A stretch of 58,692 nt of DNA from Elainellaceae cyanobacterium. Its GTDB lineage: Bacteria > Cyanobacteriota > Cyanobacteriia > CAZCXK01. Made by a program: the position numbers and the translations under genes. The stretch is taken from the NCBI GenBank assembly GCA_051117555.1, contig JBNPEG010000001.1:45334-104025 (forward strand). Direction: 5' to 3'. Below, piece after piece: positions 31,572 to 40,790 of this stretch. The notes under the pieces were generated by a model. The model was not told the origin of the DNA, did no database searches, and saw nothing but the letters and a program-made list of their open reading frames with translations. Within the stretch, counting starts at the first letter, position 1, and every line of letters starts with the position of its first letter.

Positions 31572-31680
31572 GGCGTATAGCAACCGCTCCAGCTCTTTGA
31601 GCGGCTGCTATAGCTATTGAGAACCAACATCTCATCTGTAATTACGCTAGCCTTATGACAAAGAGATTTCTGACTTCTCG

Positions 31681-34600
31681 TCAAGATTCAGCAATGCCGA
31701 TCCGATGAACTGCTGACGGTTCTATGTCTGACAAAAACATCGCGGAACGATGGGGCATTTCACGACTGAACGAGGACAGGCAGACAGTAAAGCAGGTCCA
31801 TCCTTGATCACTTGTTAGCTGAATGCTGCCGTGGAGATATTCGGTCAGCTTCTTAATCAACGCTAGCCCCAAACCTGTGCCGCCATGTTTCCAAGGATCG
31901 GAGTTAGGAATTCGATAAAACTTATCAAACACGCGATCGCACTCTTCTGGCGAGATTTCCACACCCGAGTTGCAGACCTCTATTTGGAATGTCCCTAAAG
32001 ACTGCGTCTCTGAAGAGAAATCATGATTCAGTCTAGCCGATACGATAATTTTCTCCCCTGCAGGAGTATATTTGCAGGCGTTGTGAAGAAGTTCAGTCAG
32101 GATGCGTTCTAAATAACCATAATCGGTGACCAAAGGAGGCAAATCAGACGCAATCTGGATACGAAGCTGTCGATCGTGCTGTAGCGCCTGTTCTTCAAAC
32201 ACAAATGCCACGTGAGGCATCCAATCTTGAAGTTTAAGGGTAGAGAGCATCAATGGCTCGGTTTCAGAGTCAATGCGAGATAAATCGAGCAAATCATTGA
32301 TGAGATTTGTTTCGCGCTGACATTCGTCCCGCAAAATTTGAAAATAGTGGGCAACCCGACCTGATTCATCCTCTAAGAAACGGTCCTCTCGGAGAATAAT
32401 ATCTAACATCTGAACTGCCATTTTAATACTCGATATGGGAGTCCGGAGTTCGTGGGAAACCGTACTCAAAAAATCGTCTTTGAGATGATTTAATCGAGCT
32501 AATTCTCGAACTTGAGCTTGTGCTTCTTGATATAAACGGGATTGACGAATAGCGATCGCACACTGATTAGCGACCTGCTGTACGAGCTTGATTTCCTGTT
32601 CGCTAAAATCTTCATGCGTCGGACGAAACAGCCATAAATCGCCAAATGTCCCTTGATCGTCCATAATGGGGCACGCTAGCACAGCCGTGCGTATCCAATC
32701 GGGTTGAATCGGTCTAGGGCGGAGTTCGCAGAATTGAATGCTCTCTCCTGCTAAAAGCTGGGGAAGCACGTCAGAAAAATCGGTCAACAGGCCCGACTTG
32801 TTGGGAAACGAATTGAAACTCGAATTACTATACTCGTAGGCGATCGCCAGTATATTTTGCTCGAAGTCATAGGTTGCGATATCACAGCGAGTTGCGTTAA
32901 TCGTTTGGACAATCTCGCGAATCGTGGCGTGCATAATGTGGTGCTCATCAAGGCTATCGCGAACCTTATCTGTAATTCGCTTGAGCGACGCCTCAAAATT
33001 GAGCATTTCTCGGAGCTGAGCCGTCCGTTCTGCAACCTCGTTCTCTAGTCCTTCCTTTAAATACTTGACCTGATGATAGAGCTCCGATTGATGAATGGCG
33101 ATCGCCACCTGACCTGCAATATGCTGAAGGCTATCCATTTCCATTGGTGACCACTGACGACAGTCTGAAAAATGGTGAACAGCTAGCCCCCCCCAAATGG
33201 TGCTGTCTTGAAAAATCGGAATGCAAATTTTGGCGGAAATTTGCTCATCAGGAAACCCATCTAGGTGGTAGGGAACATGAGGTGTGGGTTGAGTGTTCTC
33301 ACGTCGAGGGTTTTTCTGTCGAAGAATCTGATTCGGCAGATGGCAGTCATTGATCATTGCCATCACATGCGTTTTTTTGACTCGACGCCCTTTCACAGAC
33401 TGTGCAAGATCTCGAACAGATTCTGCGATGGCGATCGCCTCATGATTGGGCTCAAATTTGAAGATAACAACTCGATCAGTGCCCAGAAACCGTTGAACTT
33501 CCTCGACCGCCGTTTGCAGAATGTCATTCAGCTGAAGAGATTGGCGAATACGCTGAATCATATTGCTCATCAGCCGTTCTTGATTGGCCTGAAGCCGCAG
33601 CGTGTCTTCCAAGGTCTTGCGTTTCGTGATGTCGAGCATCGTGCCTTGGATGAATTGGGATTGTCCGGTTTGTGCAGACAGGATCACGGCATGATCCTGA
33701 ATCCAAATCGTTTCTCCCGTACGGGTGAGCATGCGATATTCTTGGACATAGGCGTTGGTAGAATCAATTTGAGCCGCAAGCTCCGCTAAGACGCGATCTC
33801 GATCATCAGGATGAAGACATCTGCACCACAGCCCCGCATCTGTCTGCCAGTCACTATATAAGTACCCCAGCATATCTTCAATCTGAGGACTGATATAAAG
33901 CGTCGAGAATGTCTCATCAATCGCCGCCATGTAAGTGACTGCCGGATTTTCTTCTACCAGCGCCTGGTATTTTGCTTCAGAATTGCCCCACGCTTCCATC
34001 GCGTGATGAAGAACCTGCTGGGTTTGTTGGGTTTTAACAATGTGTTGCTGGGCTTCTGTGACATTGATTATCAATGCATCCCAAGATATTTCGCCACTAG
34101 GCTGCGGGGCTGGGCTAGCGATGAGGTGCAGCCAACGCAGTTCACCTGATGAACATTGAACTCGTCCTTGCCAACTCCACAGTTGGGGATGCCGAGCCGC
34201 TTGCTGCAAAGCTTGGTCAAGCGCTAGCCGGTCGCTGGGGTAAATAGAGTCAAGCCACGTTTCTAGATTCAGGTGAACGTCTTCAGGTGCAAATCCAAGC
34301 GTTTCGAGGCTATGAGGATCTATTGTCTGCAGGTGAACTGAACCATCACGTTGCTGAAGACATTGACAGAAAATGCCAGGTAGCACAGCAGCCAATGTCT
34401 GAAATCGAGACTGTTGGGTGCGGCATTGCTGCCGAGAGTTGTCTTGTTGAATGGCGATCGCTACCTGAACCGCAATATAGTCTAAAAGACGCTGGGTTGA
34501 TGCATACTCATCGGAACTAAGCTCGTTATCGACATAGGCCGTGATCAGTCCCCAAGAGGTGTAGTCCAACATAATAGGGGACGCAATTACAGTCGGGTTT

Positions 34601-34932
34601 AGCTCGGATGCAATCAAGGTGTGAGGTATCTTCGAATCCAGGCTGTCAGAGTTGGCATCATCATTGGCTGCCAATTTGCAATCGACCTGACTATGTCGAG
34701 CGGTGACTTGATTTGGCGCGATCGCCTCCGCAATGGTCGTGCGTGTCCCATTCTCGTGTAACTGATGAATATTGACCTGCTCAAGGTTCAGCTCATGGAG
34801 AACATTGGCAGCCACGGTTTGGAGAATTGCCGAGAGCGATTGCGTTTGCTGTATCTGTTGAGCAATTCGGGTGACGAATTCTAATAATGTAGAGTTGTTT
34901 AAAGCCATGTCAGAATGCAATTCGCTCGACAT
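31681..34932 (-). CDS. GAF-PAS-PAS-GAF-GAF sensor histidine kinase
   Basis: RIRQSLQL..TDRVVIFKF GAF, HPDDRDRV PAS, STVSHELRTP, HNACKYT, GGTGLGL. Confidence 0.9.
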   Translation of the reverse strand: MSSELHSDMALNNSTLLEFVTRIAQQIQQTQSLSAILQTVAANVLHELNLEQVNIHQLHENGTRTTIAEAIAPNQVTARHSQVDCKLAANDDANSDSLDSKIPHTLIASELNPTVIASPIMLDYTSWGLITAYVDNELSSDEYASTQRLLDYIAVQVAIAIQQDNSRQQCRTQQSRFQTLAAVLPGIFCQCLQQRDGSVHLQTIDPHSLETLGFAPEDVHLNLETWLDSIYPSDRLALDQALQQAARHPQLWSWQGRVQCSSGELRWLHLIASPAPQPSGEISWDALIINVTEAQQHIVKTQQTQQVLHHAMEAWGNSEAKYQALVEENPAVTYMAAIDETFSTLYISPQIEDMLGYLYSDWQTDAGLWCRCLHPDDRDRVLAELAAQIDSTNAYVQEYRMLTRTGETIWIQDHAVILSAQTGQSQFIQGTMLDITKRKTLEDTLRLQANQERLMSNMIQRIRQSLQLNDILQTAVEEVQRFLGTDRVVIFKFEPNHEAIAIAESVRDLAQSVKGRRVKKTHVMAMINDCHLPNQILRQKNPRRENTQPTPHVPYHLDGFPDEQISAKICIPIFQDSTIWGGLAVHHFSDCRQWSPMEMDSLQHIAGQVAIAIHQSELYHQVKYLKEGLENEVAERTAQLREMLNFEASLKRITDKVRDSLDEHHIMHATIREIVQTINATRCDIATYDFEQNILAIAYEYSNSSFNSFPNKSGLLTDFSDVLPQLLAGESIQFCELRPRPIQPDWIRTAVLACPIMDDQGTFGDLWLFRPTHEDFSEQEIKLVQQVANQCAIAIRQSRLYQEAQAQVRELARLNHLKDDFLSTVSHELRTPISSIKMAVQMLDIILREDRFLEDESGRVAHYFQILRDECQRETNLINDLLDLSRIDSETEPLMLSTLKLQDWMPHVAFVFEEQALQHDRQLRIQIASDLPPLVTDYGYLERILTELLHNACKYTPAGEKIIVSARLNHDFSSETQSLGTFQIEVCNSGVEISPEECDRVFDKFYRIPNSDPWKHGGTGLGLALIKKLTEYLHGSIQLTSDQGWTCFTVCLSSFSREMPHRSAMFLSDIEPSAVHRIGIAES

Positions 34933-35102
34933 ATGAGATTAGACTCAGATGAAAATCCTAATCAAGATTCATTGAGTATATCTAGCTTCTATGTTTCCCG
35001 CGATTGTGATTCTGAGTTATAAAAAAATTGCGATTCAGCATTTTATCGTACTGTGTGCTCAACCTGTTAAATTAAGGGCGCATTCAAGACAGTCATCCAC
35101 CG

Positions 35103-35825
35103 TCAAAGGACGCCCAGGACTTGCCTTTGAAGTTCAAGCAACTCGCTGACTCCTTTTTCTGCCAAATCTAACATTTGGTTCATTTGGGTCCGATTAAAGC
35201 TACCCTCCTCAGCAGTCCCTTGGATCTCAATAATATGTAGGTCTGTATTTAAGACTACGTTTAAGTCTACGGTGGCTGCTAAGTCTTCTGGATAGTTGAG
35301 ATCTAAAAAGGCTTCGTTTTCCAATAACCCCACGGATACCGCCGCTACTTGATGACGCACAGGCGATCGCTCCAGTTCTCCCTCACTCATCAATTTGGCG
35401 ATCGCGTCACTAAGCGCCACAAAGCTGCCCGTAATCGCTGTTGTACGGGTTCCTGCGTCAGCTTGCAGTACATCTGCATCGACAATGAATGTTCGCTCTC
35501 CCAGCGCATCCATATCCAAAACAGACCGGAGACTACGCCCAATCAGCCGTTGAATTTCCTGCGTGCGTCCCGATAGCTTGAGTAGCTCTCTGGGTTGACG
35601 TTGAGTCGTTGCACTGGGCAACATCCGATATTCGGCGGTCAGCCAACCCTGCCCTTTACCCTCCAAGAATCTAGGAACACCTGGCTGTACGCTGACCGTG
35701 CAAAGAACTTTGGTATCTCCGCAATGAGCCAGAACTGAACCTGCTGCAAACCGAGTAAACTGGCGCTCAAACTGAACGGGACGCAACTCATCAGGGTTTC
35801 GATTATCGGGACGTTTCCAAGTCAT
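35103..35825 (-). CDS. rph: Ribonuclease PH
   Basis: [33 protein letters not shown]. Confidence 0.97.
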   Translation of the reverse strand: MTWKRPDNRNPDELRPVQFERQFTRFAAGSVLAHCGDTKVLCTVSVQPGVPRFLEGKGQGWLTAEYRMLPSATTQRQPRELLKLSGRTQEIQRLIGRSLRSVLDMDALGERTFIVDADVLQADAGTRTTAITGSFVALSDAIAKLMSEGELERSPVRHQVAAVSVGLLENEAFLDLNYPEDLAATVDLNVVLNTDLHIIEIQGTAEEGSFNRTQMNQMLDLAEKGVSELLELQRQVLGVL

Positions 35826-35924
35826 GAAAATTCTGCCTCAAAATCCTCAATCAGAATACCTCACCACCGATTGAGGAGCCAGCGCCAATGACCGAATTTA
35901 AGGCAACCTATTCTAAAAGGCGAA

Positions 35925-36170
35925 TTATTCTAACCGAGTATCCCACCGTAAATAGCCTGAGGTAACTCGATTGCAATCGTCTCCATAGAAACGTTCCCAT
36001 TCATGTGGAGGCTGAATGTGCACACACCAGATGCCGTTTGCGGCGTCGAGTCGTTGCTCGTGCACAAAGAACTTCGCGACCGAAACCGAAATTAGCGTTA
36101 TCAGCCCTCCTAAGCAGATGGCTTCGATCATTTGTAATGGCTGAACTTTGAGGGCGGCGCGATTTGCCAT
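35925..36170 (-). CDS. Small hypothetical membrane protein
   Basis: 81-aa ATG ORF with one TM and two C-terminal Cys, co-oriented with neighbours. Confidence 0.4.
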   Translation of the reverse strand: MANRAALKVQPLQMIEAICLGGLITLISVSVAKFFVHEQRLDAANGIWCVHIQPPHEWERFYGDDCNRVTSGYLRWDTRLE

Positions 36171-36277
36171 GACATCGTTGAGCTATCTAAGCTTGATGGT
36201 GTCGAATATGAAGACACCACTCCCTTTTTTAGAATTCCCAAATTTCTGGGAAAGCGATCACCCGTAATCAGCAGATC

Positions 36278-37150
36278 TTAATTTGAATTAGCGGTATTAG
36301 AGCTGGCTAACGTTGCCCACTCTAAATCAACATGGGATATCTGGTCTAAGACGTATTGTCGTTGCAGCTCATCCAATACCGTGTAAAACTTTTGAGAATT
36401 TGCGTTTTTCAGTTCTCCCTCTACCGCTGCCTTCCAGGTTTCTCGATCTCGAATCAGAGGCTTAGCAGCTAGAGCATACTCTCTCATCATGCGTTCGTCG
36501 AATTGAATTCCAATACATTCACAGAGGTGAGTTAGCACTGCATAGGGATTGCTCACCAATTCTTCATATCTCACTACCACATGATCGGGCTGACCTACGC
36601 AGCGCCGACTAATCTCAATATCCTCAGTCCATCGCTCAATACAATCATCGAGATTTTTCAGATATCGTCCCCAGCGTTCAGGATGGCGCTTTACCAGTTC
36701 AAACATCGATGCGACGACATCGGTTCCATTGCGAACGATGTGGATAATCTTGGTGCTAGGAACAAATGTTTCAATATATTTGATGTAGCGGAGATGATCG
36801 GGAGTTTTTTCTAGCCAGATTTGCTTTCCCTGAGCGTGAGCTAGCTCGTTTAGGATCGTGACAAAATAGCGAGTATATAGCCGAATCAATGGAAATTTAG
36901 GTAAACGCCGCCGCAGTTCAGGGTGTCCGATTTCGGCTAAAAACTGATTGAGCATCGGACGCAGCCGGGGTGCAACTAGCCCCATCGCATAGCGTTTAGA
37001 CCGATATTCGGGTAGAGAAACTAAATATAGAAAAAATTTCGATTCTGGAAATGACAAGATAGCAGGATGAACTGCCAACATGCTCTGAAGCAATGTGGTA
37101 CCCGAACGAGGACAGCCCACAATAAAAATGCCGTCACATGGTTTACCCAT
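36278..37150 (-). CDS. PAPS-dependent sulfotransferase
   Basis: FIVGCPRSGTTLL (5'-PSB), EKTP, VRNGTDVVAS (3'-PB), VRYEEL; ATG 37150 preferred. Confidence 0.88.
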   Translation of the reverse strand: MGKPCDGIFIVGCPRSGTTLLQSMLAVHPAILSFPESKFFLYLVSLPEYRSKRYAMGLVAPRLRPMLNQFLAEIGHPELRRRLPKFPLIRLYTRYFVTILNELAHAQGKQIWLEKTPDHLRYIKYIETFVPSTKIIHIVRNGTDVVASMFELVKRHPERWGRYLKNLDDCIERWTEDIEISRRCVGQPDHVVVRYEELVSNPYAVLTHLCECIGIQFDERMMREYALAAKPLIRDRETWKAAVEGELKNANSQKFYTVLDELQRQYVLDQISHVDLEWATLASSNTANSN

Positions 37151-37169
37151 CGTGTTATCTCTTGGTTGA

Positions 37170-38156
37170 TTAGGGGGTGCGCCGCTGCTGTCGTCGTGTT
37201 CCAAACGTTTTGAGAACTGCTTGGGCCTGTTGAGTGGGCAACAAAATTCCGATCGCGATTTTGGCAGCAATGGTTGTTATAAGCTGAGTCTGACGCCAAA
37301 GGAGAGAGGGTTCGTAGCGGAGAGTCAGGGCAAGACAGCGGGCGATCGCCATACTTCGCCAAAGCGTAGGCTCATCTTCTAATCCTCGGAGCGTCAAATA
37401 TCGATACAAATGGGCAAGGCTTCTAGGTTTCAAGTGCTGGAGCGAAGCGGGTGCTTGAAGGAATGCCCGATTAACAAATTCTAGGGCTTGGCGCTCTTGT
37501 CGTGCCAAATTAGACGTGATCGACCCTGATGTCATGCGATAGAGAATTTGATACTTGGGTACTGTTACAAACCGATAGCGCATGGCAAGACGCAGATAGA
37601 GATCTCGATCTTGACTGCTGAGTAGCGACTCGTCAAACCCTCTAATTTCAGCTAGGGCATGTCGACGAATGAGGGGATTAGACCCGTTTTCTAAAAAATT
37701 CATGACTAGCAGCTTTTCGTAGGCATCGTTGGAGACTGTGATTCGCCGACCTGAGCAAAGAACGTGCCCAGATTCATCGATGAATTGAGTCCAGCTATAG
37801 GCGACCGCCGCATCCGGATTGGTTTGCAATGCATCCAACTGAGCCGCTAACTTGTCAGGAGTCCAAATGTCATCGGCATCCAAGAAAGCGATAAATTCTC
37901 CGGTCGATTCAGCTAATCCACGATTACGGCTAGCGGGTGCTCCTGAGTTAGGTTGTGAGAGAACCCGAATCCGAGAATCATGGATGTTTTGGACGATATC
38001 TAATGAAGCGTCGGTCGATCCGTCATCAATCACAATAATTTCAAAATCGGTTAAAGTTTGCTGCAATACAGAATCAATGGTTTCTAGAACCGTATTCTCC
38101 GCATTAAACATGGGAATGATCACCGAGATTAGCGGCATAGCATATTGACTCTGCAA
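37170..38156 (-). CDS. Family 2 glycosyltransferase
   Basis: ISVIIP, IDDGSTD, AFLDADD, ENGSNPLIRR. Confidence 0.92.
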   Translation of the reverse strand: MQSQYAMPLISVIIPMFNAENTVLETIDSVLQQTLTDFEIIVIDDGSTDASLDIVQNIHDSRIRVLSQPNSGAPASRNRGLAESTGEFIAFLDADDIWTPDKLAAQLDALQTNPDAAVAYSWTQFIDESGHVLCSGRRITVSNDAYEKLLVMNFLENGSNPLIRRHALAEIRGFDESLLSSQDRDLYLRLAMRYRFVTVPKYQILYRMTSGSITSNLARQERQALEFVNRAFLQAPASLQHLKPRSLAHLYRYLTLRGLEDEPTLWRSMAIARCLALTLRYEPSLLWRQTQLITTIAAKIAIGILLPTQQAQAVLKTFGTRRQQRRTP

Positions 38157-38185
38157 TGAGAATAAACGAGCAGCATAACCAGAGT

Positions 38186-39142
38186 TTAGGTTTTGGCAGG
38201 CTTGGCAAATCGTCGCTGAACCGAATTTTTCAGATAAAAAAATGGGCTGAGCAGATTTCCCCAGAAAAACGCTAGTTCACAAGCCAAACCAAGGTCTGTT
38301 CTGATTTTTCCCCGATATTTAATAAGATGTATCAGAATTCGCTTTGAGCTGCCTGCTAAATTTCTAGCCAACAAAATGGGGCGTTGCCATGAGGTTGCGG
38401 GAATCATCCGCAGTTCGCAGGTGCATAACCCGTAGAGATGGGCGATTGATACCAGATAAGGACGCTCTAATCGCCACGCTGGAATATAGTGCTCAATGTT
38501 CATCGCTGGGTTGTACCAAATTTCCCAGCCTGCTTTATGCATATGAAGTGAAATTTCGTAATCATTGCCGCCTCGGCTAGTGCGAATGAATCGACGAGGG
38601 ACGCTCTCAATCCATGCCTGCTTGCGGACGACTAATCCCGCACCTGCTGGCAATCTTAGCTTTTCAGGTTCATAGCGTTTTGGGGTGGTTCCGTGTTTGC
38701 GAACGACAAGAAACGCCTTGATTTTCTCAAAATCGTCAGGAGGAGGCGTTTCATATGAGGGATGAACTTGCCCTCCCATGGCTCCGACGGTTTGATGAGA
38801 TTCTCCAAATTCAAAAGCAGCCACGACCCAATCTGGCGCAGGAAAATTGTCGTCGTCTAAAAAGCCGACGTATCGTCCTTGAGATTCATCGATCGCCCGC
38901 TGTCGGGCAAAGGCTAGACCTTGTTGAGGTTCAAAGCAGTATCGAAGGGGAACAGGTAATGTCCAGTTGGCTTGCAGCGATCGCACAAGGAATTCTGTCT
39001 GATCGCAGCTATTGTTATTGACAATGAGAATTTCCCAAGATAGCGACGGAGGATACTGTTGCGATCGCAATCGTTCGAGCACCCCAGAAATTCGTAACGC
39101 TCCGTTATAGGTAGGAATAGCGACAGTAAAGTCGACGCTCAT
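38186..39142 (-). CDS. hpsE: HpsE-like family 2 glycosyltransferase (copy 2)
   Basis: DFTVAIPTYNG, GFLDDDN, WEIWYNP. Confidence 0.75.
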   Translation of the reverse strand: MSVDFTVAIPTYNGALRISGVLERLRSQQYPPSLSWEILIVNNNSCDQTEFLVRSLQANWTLPVPLRYCFEPQQGLAFARQRAIDESQGRYVGFLDDDNFPAPDWVVAAFEFGESHQTVGAMGGQVHPSYETPPPDDFEKIKAFLVVRKHGTTPKRYEPEKLRLPAGAGLVVRKQAWIESVPRRFIRTSRGGNDYEISLHMHKAGWEIWYNPAMNIEHYIPAWRLERPYLVSIAHLYGLCTCELRMIPATSWQRPILLARNLAGSSKRILIHLIKYRGKIRTDLGLACELAFFWGNLLSPFFYLKNSVQRRFAKPAKT

Positions 39143-39214
39143 GGTTCGACGGCATTATTTTCTAGTTTGACCATTCATCTAGCAATTACCGGGTTTATTA
39201 AGACTCATCGAGCC

Positions 39215-40216
39215 TTATAGAATTTGGCTTTGGACCGGATTGCTCTCCTGGGGAGTCGTAAATTGCTTTTGAGAGGACTTTAGATAGCCTCCTTTCCAAA
39301 GATAAAATGGGCTAATCAAACTGCTCCAGAAGAACTCTAACTCACAAGCCGCAACTACGTCAGTCTTAGCGCGAAGTCGATATTTTAGAAGATGGAGTAC
39401 TATTTTGCGAGTGTCGTTGAGTAGATAGGCCCAAAATGCAAATGGACGCTGCCACGGCTTCACGTTTAGCATGCGGGTGACGTGCCGACTTAACCCCATT
39501 CCTCGAAATAGAGAAATTAAGTAGTATTTCTCTAATCGTTGCCGAGGAATTTTGTGAACGATTTCCATCAGGGGGTTATACCACACTTCCCACTCAGATC
39601 GCTGAATGTAAGAGATCATTTCGAGGTCTTCACCCGCTAGGGGATTATCAGCCAATCGACCGACCAAGATAGGGTCTGTAGGGACATGGTCTAGCCAGAC
39701 ATGTCTGCGAACCACTAGCCCTGCGGAGGGGGGTAAAATCTTGCGGCTTGGTTCGTAGAGAAGCGGTTTAGAACCCCGTTGGGTAATGGCTAAGAAGGGC
39801 GCGATGCGCTCAAAGTGCTTAGGGGGAGGGACCTCATATTCTCCATGAATTCGGCTGCCATAGGCTCCCGCATTGGGATGTTGTTGCCCAAACGCGTGGG
39901 CTTCAGAAACCCAATTGCACGATGGAATATTGTCATCATCTAGAAAACCTACTAAGCTCCCATGTGCTTCTCTAACTGCCCGTGAGCGAGCATATGCGGC
40001 TCCCTGCTTTGGCTCAAAGCAATAGTGAATCGGAACAGGGCTGAATTGTTGATACCGCTGAATGACTGACGCTGTGCGATCGCTGCTGTTGTTGTCAACA
40101 ATGACCACGTCCCAAGAAAATGATTCAGTTCCTATCTGCTTACATAGCTGATCAAGCACCTCAGGTAATCGAAATTCGCCATTATAGGTAGGAATAGCAA
40201 CCGTAAAGTCAACCAT
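39215..40216 (-). CDS. hpsE: HpsE-like family 2 glycosyltransferase (copy 1)
   Basis: MVDFTVAIPTYNGE.RLPEVL, GFLDDDN, LPPSAGLVVR, GEDLE, SLISPFYLW. Confidence 0.8.
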   Translation of the reverse strand: MVDFTVAIPTYNGEFRLPEVLDQLCKQIGTESFSWDVVIVDNNSSDRTASVIQRYQQFSPVPIHYCFEPKQGAAYARSRAVREAHGSLVGFLDDDNIPSCNWVSEAHAFGQQHPNAGAYGSRIHGEYEVPPPKHFERIAPFLAITQRGSKPLLYEPSRKILPPSAGLVVRRHVWLDHVPTDPILVGRLADNPLAGEDLEMISYIQRSEWEVWYNPLMEIVHKIPRQRLEKYYLISLFRGMGLSRHVTRMLNVKPWQRPFAFWAYLLNDTRKIVLHLLKYRLRAKTDVVAACELEFFWSSLISPFYLWKGGYLKSSQKQFTTPQESNPVQSQIL

Positions 40217-40790
40217 GGTTTTAAATAATGAGCAGACAGGATTTAATATCCATGGAAATTTTTGGCAAGCATGTCATGCACATTATATTGGCAAAGCCTT
40301 TGATCAAGAGAGGCATTAAGAGCAGGATTTGATCGAATTGCTGATTATCGATCGAGACGCTCTGAAATGGGGTACTGTTTCTCAGGCATGTTGCTTCTAT
40401 GGTATGCACATTAAAGATGAATGCCCACCGCTAACACACAATTTACAAGCGATTTAGGATCGCTATACATCGCTATACATTGAGGCGAAACTAACGTTAG
40501 GTTTCCCCGTCTATATAGGAATTGAGACGCAAATTAGCGAATTTGGCATCTGTCTTGAGAATGGACTTTCGCCACCAGCAGCAGGAAAACGAAGTAATGT
40601 CGATGCACCTGGCTGAGCACGTTCAGATAAATTAGGGTTTCGTTTCGTTAGCATCGCCTCATCAAGCTCATTTCTAAAGACGGATGATGAATTCGACCCG
40701 TCTTTAAATCAAGCTAGTACAATGAATTCTACGTGGGACAGTTTTTGACGAGCTTCTGTTTTTTTATTTGTGTAGTTTCTCCAACGGCGT

